Part shown: positions 8,400 through 16,333 of the stretch, piece after piece
How positions within the stretch are numbered: position 1 is the stretch's first letter
Layout: each line of letters opens with the position of its first letter
Source of the DNA: a virus
Taxonomy: Duplodnaviria > Caudoviricetes
DNA length: 25,568 bases
IMG/VR virus record: IMGVR_UViG_3300005442_000002
Span: 1-25,568 of that record
Reading direction: 5' to 3' (one strand)
The notes under the pieces: generated by a model
Told to the model about the DNA's origin: nothing
What the model saw: the letters and a program-made list of their open reading frames with translations, nothing else
Database searches by the model: none
Made by a program: the position numbers and the translations under genes

Positions 8400-8799
8400 C
8401 CCCTAATATTGGAGCTAACGCCCCTGGAATTTGAATCCAATGGTACTCAACTTTCAAGACTTTAGGAACTCCGTTATCTGACGCCAGTACTTCATAATCA
8501 ATCGGTGTTCCCAAGTAACATGGAACCGTCACGAACCCCCTATCAGGTGTCCATGACGTTACATCGAATCGGTTACCAAATCCGACACCATTGATCTTTG
8601 GTTTTATAATTTGTTCAATTACCTGTAAATCTTCCGCCGTAATATAAGGATAAGACCAAATAAACTTATCCTTCTGGGCAATATTCAAATCCCAAAAATT
8701 TGCAAAGATATCGTTAAAGGAGATACTAACTCTATTCCACTGATACAATTTCCCTAAACTTGGAGCAGGGACTACAACCCCATCAATCATGAAAGGCAT
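8377..8799 (-). CDS. Distal tail (Dit-like) protein
   Basis: Immediately after the tape measure, 140 aa, N-terminal IDGVxVPxPS, AAAGGAGGGG RBS. Confidence 0.6.
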   Translation of the reverse strand: MPFMIDGVVVPAPSLGKLYQWNRVSISFNDIFANFWDLNIAQKDKFIWSYPYITAEDLQVIEQIIKPKINGVGFGNRFDVTSWTPDRGFVTVPCYLGTPIDYEVLASDNGVPKVLKVEYHWIQIPGALAPILGGGGSGSS

Positions 8800-8815
8800 A
8801 AGAGTTACCCCTCCT

Positions 8816-10344
8816 TTATTTTCTATTGAAGGTCAACCCACCTGTATTACGAAGGTTGTATTGCACCTGATCCGTAATCAATTGGGCGAATCTCTTAATA
8901 CTGTACTGATCTGCAATAATATTTGCACCCTCTCCAACATGGATATGAAATACACTAGAAGCAAAACTACCATTACCCATTGCATTAAGAATATTATCCG
9001 CAATACCTGCATATGCAGGTTTGGATGCAGGGCTGTTCAAGGGTATTGTTACCTCTTTAACGTCACCAACCACCCCCAAGTGGGGCTTTACGTGAAAACC
9101 CCCTGAAGCATACGATGGGACAACTTTAGACCCACCCAACAAACGACCAACATCATCAATTAAACCTTTACCCCAATTTATAACCTTAGAACCTAAACCT
9201 GTTAACTTTGAACCAATACTTAACGTCCTAAACCCAGTCAACCCAACTCTAGAGGCCATTAATAATCTTGCCGCTGGGCCTACATAAGGTATTAAGGTAG
9301 CTAACGTTCCAACCGCATCAAGAACTGTTATCGCCGCAGCAGGGCTAGGAATCGGAACACGTCTAGGAATCGGAACACGTCTAGGAGCCGGAGCAGGCTT
9401 AGGAGCCGGAGCAGGCTTAGGAGCCGGAGCTGGGCTAGGAACCGGAGTAGGTCTAGGAACCGGAGTAGGTCTAGGAACCGGAGTAGGTTTAGGAACCGGA
9501 GTAGGCCTAGGAGTTGGAACAGGAGTAGGAGTCGGAACAGGCCTAGGAACCGGAACTGGACTAGGAACCGGAACTGGACTAGGAACCGGAACTGGACTAG
9601 GAACCGGAACAGGGATAGGAGTCGGGACAGGCCTAGGAACCGGAACAGGGATAGGATTCGGAACAGAAATAGGAACCTGAATAGGCCTAAGAACCGGAAC
9701 AGGGATAGGATTCGGAACAGAGATAGGAACCTGAACAGGCTTAGAAACCGGAACAGGTGTAACAACAGGTGTTGGTAATGTAAAAGGATTTCTTGTCGAT
9801 GGACCCCTCCCACCAAAGTTAGGAAAATTCGGTAACGGAGGGAGAGATATCGGGATAGTTTCGACTTCATCGAAACTAAACAATAGATTATTCATCCTAT
9901 TAAACAAACGCATCCCCAGGTTACCTAACATACCGAATACATTGACGACAGCCGATAAAGACCTGTTTCCCGATATGAGGTCTTTCAACTTGCTTGTAAT
10001 ATCAAATAAGTTAGAATCAAGTTTTCCACTTGAAGAACTACCTCCACCGAAAGTGGGTAAACCTCCACCGCTTTTACCACCTGACCCAATGGTTTCGTTA
10101 AGACCACCACTATTAATCGAACGAATATTTGATAGAGGTCGAATACCCCGAAGGGCATCGGCATAACTTTGGGCACTCCTAGCTAACTCTTCATAAACAG
10201 GATTCAAACTTTCTAAATCTCTTTAGACTTCTTCAACTCAGCGGAAAGCTCTTTATTCTTTTCTATAATCTTACCCAATACTCGGTCATAAGCGTCAGAC
10301 TTACCACTGACGGTAACTCTAGCCTCATCTTGATTACTCGCCAT
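8816..10344 (-). CDS. Tape measure protein with central proline-rich repeat; apparent -1 frameshift near 10215-10225
   Basis: Lies between the tail chaperones and Dit. Carries the TMP C-terminal motif YASGG..P..GVVGD..EV.IPL. GGAGG+ATG at 10344 opens 43 codons that stop at 10213, just as the 463-aa frame opens. Confidence 0.75.
9342..9778 (-). repeat. In-frame tandem repeat array (18-bp units, one 54-bp duplication) encoding (X-Pro)n
   Basis: Units such as ctaggaaccggaactgga x3, ggagccggagcaggctta x2 and ctaggaatcggaacacgt x2. Confidence 0.95.
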
Positions 10345-10915
10345 TTTTCACACCTCCTACAATCTTAGTCATCTCATTATGAACTTCCTTCTTGAAACGG
10401 AGGATGTCAGCGAGAACCTCTTCCTTCGTCCTAGGAACATATTGATCCCGTAATTTAACAGAAGGAGCCACTTGAGGAAACTCCTTACTCCCCCAAACAG
10501 CCTGAGAGATAAGACCCGATTGAATCCAAGCGACCAACAGGTTATCATTGATAGACTGTTCCCTAGCCTTAATCTTAGCTTCAAGAATACTATTTACCTC
10601 ATTTAACGTCATACATAGAAAATCAGCATACGATATGCCGTTTGACATACATATGCCGAGTAAATGATGGTAAGAGTCCTTGATTTGTTTTAGGAGTTCT
10701 CGCCTTGGGTTTGATCTTGCTCTTGAGGGACTTGATACCCCTGCAGGATCGTAGGGAGAAATACTTGCAACATCGGGAGAACTGCTTGAATTTCCCTCGA
10801 CATTATCGGTAGAATCAGTGACAAGGTGTCCTCCTTGTCCTTCATCAACTCCCCCACCATGTTCAGGTCGCTCTCCTTCATAAAAAAACCTGCTGCTTTC
10901 GCTGCCTCCAAACAA
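10334..10915 (-). CDS. Tail assembly chaperone frameshift extension (gpT-like)
   Basis: -1 frame overlapping the chaperone, with no good RBS. GISYADFLCMTLNEV resembles gpT-part motifs. Directly precedes the TMP. Confidence 0.7.
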   Translation of the reverse strand: MFGGSESSRFFYEGERPEHGGGVDEGQGGHLVTDSTDNVEGNSSSSPDVASISPYDPAGVSSPSRARSNPRRELLKQIKDSYHHLLGICMSNGISYADFLCMTLNEVNSILEAKIKAREQSINDNLLVAWIQSGLISQAVWGSKEFPQVAPSVKLRDQYVPRTKEEVLADILRFKKEVHNEMTKIVGGVKNGE

Positions 10916-11214
10916 AGCGCATGAAGTGCGGGCATACCTAAATCCGTCTCAGCGAGGAACTTCTCGATTGCGGCCTCAGCCTCTTCAGGGTCGATATTCG
11001 GCGTTCCGAGCATAACGAGATCGAGATGGTTCTTAGGCGTGAAACCTCTCAAGTCGTCCAAGACGATTCCATTCTCCGCACAGAAGCGGAAAGTCTTCAT
11101 AGTGTAGCGGAGATTCAAGGTGCGAAAGACTTCACGTGCGCGATCAAGGGTAGAATTAGAAGATTTCTCCGATCTTACCTTAGTTGACCTCGTTTGTTTA
11201 GTCGTTTTGCTCAT
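10690..11214 (-). CDS. Tail assembly chaperone (gpG-like)
   Basis: Between tail tube and TMP. Contains the slippery run GGT TTT TTT (10882-10888). Confidence 0.75.
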   Translation of the reverse strand: MSKTTKQTRSTKVRSEKSSNSTLDRAREVFRTLNLRYTMKTFRFCAENGIVLDDLRGFTPKNHLDLVMLGTPNIDPEEAEAAIEKFLAETDLGMPALHALCLEAAKAAGFFMKESDLNMVGELMKDKEDTLSLILPIMSREIQAVLPMLQVFLPTILQGYQVPQEQDQTQGENS

Positions 11215-11246
11215 GGTTTATACCCCCAATATTCATCCGTACTTAG

Positions 11247-11281
11247 GTTCATGTACTTACCACTACCTCTTATTTCAACTC
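11247..11281 (-). promoter_or_regulatory. Repeated intergenic motif A, second copy
   Basis: 27/35 identity to 907-941. The adjacent 11281-11307 resembles 2751-2775. Confidence 0.55.
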
Positions 11282-11304
11282 TAAAAATAGAAAAAATTAT
11301 CCCT

Positions 11305-11332
11305 AAAAAAGTAGGGTGACTCCCGTCACCCT
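11305..11332 (-). terminator. Intrinsic terminator after the tail tube gene
   Basis: 8-bp stem agggtgac/gtcaccct, then U6 on the minus strand. Confidence 0.75.
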
Positions 11333-11371
11333 TTCTAGGAGTAGCATCCAATATAAAACTAGATGCTAAAA

Positions 11372-11860
11372 TTATCCTGCTGGATCAGAAATTGGTGTAG
11401 CTACTCTAGGTTTAGCAATCGGCGTGAATACAAAGCTGAACGTCTGCACTTGCTCAGCTTCACCATCACTAAAAGACAACTCGCTAATAAAACCATCATA
11501 AGTGTAGTCTGGAACAGACTCCGTTGCGCCTACCTCTTTTGGATAAAAAATAGTCAGACTACAATAAAACTGACTATCAGTTACGGACTTTCCTAAAATC
11601 TTGTCCGCAATCCTCTGATAGGAACTGTTCTTCTTAAACAGTGTTATTGTCATCGGTGCAACAGTTTTAGTGGTTGGAGCAGGACGAGTTACCCCGTCTT
11701 GGGAGTCAATTGGGGTAGCATCCACAGTGTTTACCGTAACCCTAACCCCCGTAATAGAACGAATATCCCCGATGATATCATTTGCAGTAGGATTTACCCC
11801 AAACTCGGAAATAGCAACCTTAAATCCGATATTTGGGATTGGAACGAAAATATCCGCCAT
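11372..11860 (-). CDS. Major tail (tube) protein
   Basis: Synteny, 162 aa, VDATPID and YDGFISE patterns, followed by a terminator. Confidence 0.8.
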   Translation of the reverse strand: MADIFVPIPNIGFKVAISEFGVNPTANDIIGDIRSITGVRVTVNTVDATPIDSQDGVTRPAPTTKTVAPMTITLFKKNSSYQRIADKILGKSVTDSQFYCSLTIFYPKEVGATESVPDYTYDGFISELSFSDGEAEQVQTFSFVFTPIAKPRVATPISDPAG

Positions 11861-11865
11861 AACAA

Positions 11866-12306
11866 TTACCTCCCTGCGTAGTTAATAATAAAGTTAAGAG
11901 AGAAAGACGGTATATCAAAGCTGTTTACACCAAGTGCGTTTATATCACCCAAAACGACGACATTGATAATTACGACCCTATCACCAGTATCGGGATCAAT
12001 ATATTCATAGTTTGCAGTGGTTTCCAAAGCACGAACCACATCTTCACAAAATTTATACCCCTCCAGTACGCCATCTGGAGACTTTGAAGCATTGACGTTA
12101 AAGATTACATTCACACTTCGTACTTTATACGAACCATCATCTAGAACCCTACCAGTAGGTGCACCTCCCTTAAAATAAATACCATAGACATTCTCATGGT
12201 TCTTTTTCAAGGTTGAGAACGAAGCCCTATAACTTGAAGGACACAAACTCTTTATCGCTTTATATAAAGTGTAGTAAACACTCATAACCCTAAAAACCTC
12301 CTCCAA
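11866..12306 (-). CDS. Tail terminator/completion protein
   Basis: Directly upstream of the tail tube. Size and C-terminal FSLNF strand fit. The true start may be 12285. Confidence 0.65.
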   Translation of the reverse strand: MEEVFRVMSVYYTLYKAIKSLCPSSYRASFSTLKKNHENVYGIYFKGGAPTGRVLDDGSYKVRSVNVIFNVNASKSPDGVLEGYKFCEDVVRALETTANYEYIDPDTGDRVVIINVVVLGDINALGVNSFDIPSFSLNFIINYAGR

Positions 12307-12797
12307 GTTACCCCCGCTAACCCCGTCTCGGATCTATCACGCATGATGATCAGCTTTACCCCATTCTCAATGCTAATATCGAGACGAACATCAAAGTCAG
12401 GTATAATGGCTTCACCGTAGGTTGCAATTAACCCATTCATTACCTTAACAAACGCATCTTGCAGGAACTTAGCTTGGGTTGGAGGGGCGTGATAGTTATC
12501 AATTATTTCATGCACATATGCGGCATACTCGGTATTGTAACCAATAACAAAATTAAACCCCAAAGCCCTTCTATACCCCGAAGCCTTCAAACGACCTGTA
12601 TCGACAGGAACCAACTGTTGTGATAAAGCAAACACATCCTCGGTAAGTTGAGCCAGAAATTCAAATATATCATTATCAGGAATCGCCGTTACGGAGAGAC
12701 TCGTCAAACGTCTTCTCCGAGAAGCATCCCTTAAACTAACAGTGGATAAATCATCAAGAATAAAATTGAAGTCCACCTTAGTCTGCATCTGACTCAC
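12282..12797 (-). CDS. HK97 gp10-like neck/tail completion protein
   Basis: VPVDTGRLKAS, YNTEYAAYVHE and AKFL motifs. Confidence 0.85.
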   Translation of the reverse strand: MSQMQTKVDFNFILDDLSTVSLRDASRRRRLTSLSVTAIPDNDIFEFLAQLTEDVFALSQQLVPVDTGRLKASGYRRALGFNFVIGYNTEYAAYVHEIIDNYHAPPTQAKFLQDAFVKVMNGLIATYGEAIIPDFDVRLDISIENGVKLIIMRDRSETGLAGVTWRRFLGL

Positions 12798-13106
12798 CTA
12801 CAATTCGGTAGCTTCACCCACAACAGATTCATAGTGCGATATAGACCCGTTTAATTTATAGATAGGCTTTGAGATTATAACCACATTACCATCCAAGAGG
12901 TCTCTAGGTGAGATTTTTTCGAGCGTCATGTAGGTGTAAGCATTAAACACTTCAAGCTGATTCTCTCTCACCTTAAACTTTACCCCATCATCAATCCGAC
13001 ACATGATAGTTACCGGCTCCGCATATTCAGGTGCATTAAAATCATTGTCATCACCCAAGAACTTACGCCACGTTACAGGAGTATTGAGATAACGAGAAAT
13101 ATCCAT
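12798..13106 (-). CDS. Head closure/stopper protein
   Basis: Synteny between adaptor and gp10-like gene. 102 aa, beta-rich. Confidence 0.65.
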   Translation of the reverse strand: MDISRYLNTPVTWRKFLGDDNDFNAPEYAEPVTIMCRIDDGVKFKVRENQLEVFNAYTYMTLEKISPRDLLDGNVVIISKPIYKLNGSISHYESVVGEATEL

Positions 13107-13118
13107 CTTTACCCCCTC

Positions 13119-13688
13119 CTACAACGTGAATACAGAGTCGGTTAACCATGCATTCAAGATGTAGAACACCTTATCCTGGTTGTAAATCCCCTTCATCAAA
13201 TTACCACTTCTATCTAAAGAGGACTCATAGGACTCTGCCGCAGAACCTGCTTTACTATACAGAATACCTTGAACTGTCCTTTCAGTGACAGAAGTAACAA
13301 TATTCGGGCTTAAAGTCAGATGCGCAACAGAATTAACAATCTGCGCCTCTTTTGCCGCCTCTAAACCATCGCTTCCACCTACCCCCTCAAGGAGGGAGGA
13401 ATCCATATATTGTGATACGAAAGGGAGGTACAGATGACCCGGAAAGGTGTTAAACACCCTTGGGAACGCCAACTTTTGACCCGGAACTTTCTTTCTCCCT
13501 TTATACCTCAAATTGTTCAACGCCCTAGCACTGGCAATCAAGGAACGGATTTTATCCTCTCGGGAGAGAGAATCATTGAACCAAGCCTTATACTCTGGAG
13601 AGGTAGACAAATAGTGACTTTGCACATATTCATCTGCCTCCTCCAGAGTTACATAAGAATTGTAATTGACCACCAACTCTAAAGCCAT
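13119..13688 (-). CDS. Head-tail adaptor (family often annotated DnaT-like)
   Basis: NSYVTLEEADEY and YKG.K...Q.LAFPR motifs, and position. Confidence 0.8.
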   Translation of the reverse strand: MALELVVNYNSYVTLEEADEYVQSHYLSTSPEYKAWFNDSLSREDKIRSLIASARALNNLRYKGRKKVPGQKLAFPRVFNTFPGHLYLPFVSQYMDSSLLEGVGGSDGLEAAKEAQIVNSVAHLTLSPNIVTSVTERTVQGILYSKAGSAAESYESSLDRSGNLMKGIYNQDKVFYILNAWLTDSVFTL

Positions 13689-13702
13689 CTATTACCCCCT
13701 CC

Positions 13703-13996
13703 TTATTCGGAAGGCGTTCCACCTGCAGGAGTAGTGGGGATGGTAGGTGTAGTAGGTGTCGACCCACGACGACCTCTAGTGGATTGAGCCTTCGAAGCAA
13801 CACCAAAGATTTCCTCTGCAGAAACCTTAGAACCTTTCCGAGCATAGCTCACTTCATCTTCGGTGTAGTATCGAATATCGCCATCATCGGTTAATTCGAT
13901 TTCCCCACCCGAACGCTTTGCATGCTGCAAAGACTCGATATCCGTATCAGAAATGAACTTACTTACACCGCCGTGTCTTACTCTCACAAAACGCAT
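13703..13996 (-). CDS. Small head-module protein with Pro/Thr-rich tail
   Basis: GGGAGGG RBS, follows the major capsid gene. Confidence 0.65.
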   Translation of the reverse strand: MRFVRVRHGGVSKFISDTDIESLQHAKRSGGEIELTDDGDIRYYTEDEVSYARKGSKVSAEEIFGVASKAQSTRGRRGSTPTTPTIPTTPAGGTPSE

Positions 13997-14022
13997 AATA
14001 TTTTCCCTCCCTAGATTTACAC

Positions 14023-14065
14023 AAAGAGTTAATACTGCTAAGCCCGAGTATTAACTCGGGCTTTT
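14023..14065 (-). terminator. Overlapping alternative hairpins after the capsid gene
   Basis: 10-bp stem 14040-14049/14054-14063 and 11-bp stem 14026-14036/14047-14057. Confidence 0.65.
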
Positions 14066-14084
14066 ACGTCAGTATCGACCAAGA

Positions 14085-15146
14085 TTAAGCGGCAGGTTCA
14101 GTTACCGCAAAGATGGTCTTTTTCCAAGTGTCGAATACAACTGCACCATAGAGAACACGGTTCATGAAGGCGAACTGGTCACCCGATTGGTTGATACCGA
14201 TATTCTCAATTTGAACTGCATTTCCGTAAATCTTAGAAATATCGGCTAAAGCGGCGTTTACTTGACTGAAGTTGAAATTAGCAAACGCAAGCGGAACTGC
14301 AAGGTTAGCGACAACATGGCGAATGGAGAGAGCCGATGCTTCCAACGGAACAGCCAAAATATTGATTGCCTTAGCCTCAGGATCGGCAACCCAACCGCCA
14401 GCTTCCTGACCCGCAGTCGTTCCATCATAAAGGATAACATCCGAAACCATACGATTTTTCGGAACAGGAATCAACAGAAGGTTATCGAACTTATAGACAT
14501 CCAACTTAACTTCCAAACCTTCACGATCACCAACTACCACCGACAAAACAGCCGGGTTCGCCAAACCGTAGTTGGAGAAGATGGCAGTACGGATATTAGC
14601 GAAGGTATCGGAATCAACAAAGACAGCAACCGCATCTTCATACCCTGCATCGAAGATGTTTTTCTTGATGTTGTTCAGAGTTTGGAACACCTTATCAGCA
14701 GTGACCTCATACCCCGATGCATTGTTTTCAAATACGTTTTGAGGCGGAACAGCATTAAAGATCGTGGAGATCGTAGTGGCATCCAACTCAGCCGAAAAGT
14801 TACGCCAAGTAGCCTGATTCAACACAACCCCCGAAGGAGTCATACCTTGCAAGATCGAGTTGAACTCATCGATAGCATCGATACGGTCATGCAACATACG
14901 GTCATGCGGAGCGGTAAACTGACTCCAAGTCACCGAACCACCAGAATTAAACCCCGAAAAACCAGTAGACGGTCTATAGGCTCCTGCTACCCCACCCACA
15001 ACTTCACGAACCAACGTATTCTTGCCGTACAGCGAATATTGAAACTTTGCCGGGTCAGCAAGAATTGCCGTCTTAGCCAACAGATAAGGAGTGATAACCA
15101 CCTTATCCATGTACATATTTGCCGTAGCAATAACTGCATTTGCCAT
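14085..15146 (-). CDS. Major capsid protein
   Basis: 353 aa, after the protease/scaffold, followed by a hairpin. HDR....IDAIDE segment resembles Bacillota phage capsids. Confidence 0.85.
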   Translation of the reverse strand: MANAVIATANMYMDKVVITPYLLAKTAILADPAKFQYSLYGKNTLVREVVGGVAGAYRPSTGFSGFNSGGSVTWSQFTAPHDRMLHDRIDAIDEFNSILQGMTPSGVVLNQATWRNFSAELDATTISTIFNAVPPQNVFENNASGYEVTADKVFQTLNNIKKNIFDAGYEDAVAVFVDSDTFANIRTAIFSNYGLANPAVLSVVVGDREGLEVKLDVYKFDNLLLIPVPKNRMVSDVILYDGTTAGQEAGGWVADPEAKAINILAVPLEASALSIRHVVANLAVPLAFANFNFSQVNAALADISKIYGNAVQIENIGINQSGDQFAFMNRVLYGAVVFDTWKKTIFAVTEPAA

Positions 15147-15160
15147 GACCTATTACCCCC

Positions 15161-16333
15161 TTAATTAATGTACAAACCTCTCGGTTTGACTGCAGAATTG
15201 GTTTTAGCCGACTTAGTGTTTACGGAGGACGTCTTAGTGAAGTCAATACCCCTTTTAACGGCATTTCCACTGAGCGACTTAGTGGCGACGTATACATATT
15301 CACCATTACCGTTATCATCGCCCTCGCACCCACCTCCGTCATTATCCAAATTCTTAAACAAGAACGAATAATCGGATTTCAGCTTCGCCTTGGCTTCCTC
15401 AACCCCTACTACCGAACCATCTTCGGCAAGAGAGATTTCCTTTTCAGCCACCTGACGAGCGATTTCAGCCGCCGTTTCAGATACCAACTCGAAATCCGAG
15501 AGAACATCTTCAATGGCATGAGCCAGAGTATTCTCGACAATTTCCTGCTCCAACTGCTTAATACGAATATCCTTCTCTTCAACCTCCTTCTCAAGAGCCT
15601 TTACTCTCGACTCCAGAGACTTGAGATTGGCGGATTCCTTTTGGAAGTTTTCAATCGCAGTCGAAATACTTTCAACTACGGATTGATCCACTCCCGAAAA
15701 GGATTTGAGCTTGGCTACTGCTTCCTTCAAATCCATTTTCACAACCTCCCCATTAGGATTAAAACTTTTGACTACCCCAGCGAACCTCTGTGCAGGAACG
15801 GCGACAAACGACCATTCATACACATCTTGAATGTTATCAATACGACTCGCTTTACGACCATCGGGTAACTCGACTATCGTAGGCGGGTCGTGCTTGAAAC
15901 CGATACTAACCTCTTTCAGAATCCCTGCGCCCACATCTTCGATCAACTGCTTATTTTTCTCGGAGTTAATAGTGTAGGCATAACCGACAATATACCGATA
16001 AGGTTCTAAACTCTCATTTTTCTTAGAATCATCGGTAATTAACTCCGTCTTATAGATACGAGAGTGTTGATTGTTACTTTTCCACTCATGATTAAAAATA
16101 CCCGTGGTTCCCACAAACAACTCTTTCAACTGCTCTAATGCCCTTAACGAGAAGAACTCACCTTCCCGATCAAGAAGGTTATCGCAGAGTTTAATAGAAT
16201 ATACAAAAATATCCGACTTAGGAATTTCAATTGGCAAAAATTCCTTGATAAGTTCATAATCAGAATCGGAAGGTTCACCAAACTTATCAAGATGCTTAAC
16301 AACAGGCTGGAACATAGACTTAAGTTTTGCCAT
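15161..16333 (-). CDS. Prohead protease fused to a coiled-coil scaffold region
   Basis: IFNH, EVSIGF and EWSFVAVPAQ are HK97-type protease motifs. Acidic coiled-coil C-terminal half. RBS supports the ATG at 16333. Confidence 0.82.
   Translation of the reverse strand: MAKLKSMFQPVVKHLDKFGEPSDSDYELIKEFLPIEIPKSDIFVYSIKLCDNLLDREGEFFSLRALEQLKELFVGTTGIFNHEWKSNNQHSRIYKTELITDDSKKNESLEPYRYIVGYAYTINSEKNKQLIEDVGAGILKEVSIGFKHDPPTIVELPDGRKASRIDNIQDVYEWSFVAVPAQRFAGVVKSFNPNGEVVKMDLKEAVAKLKSFSGVDQSVVESISTAIENFQKESANLKSLESRVKALEKEVEEKDIRIKQLEQEIVENTLAHAIEDVLSDFELVSETAAEIARQVAEKEISLAEDGSVVGVEEAKAKLKSDYSFLFKNLDNDGGGCEGDDNGNGEYVYVATKSLSGNAVKRGIDFTKTSSVNTKSAKTNSAVKPRGLYIN

Noticed and set aside
9328-9870. 180-aa alternative-frame ORF with LFRFL repeats
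   Set aside because: Its openness is explained by the stop-free tandem repeat in the TMP gene. No convincing RBS.
14262-15164. 300-aa + strand ORF antisense to the major capsid gene
   Set aside because: No RBS or recognisable motif. Long antisense frames are a common by-product of codon bias in highly expressed genes.
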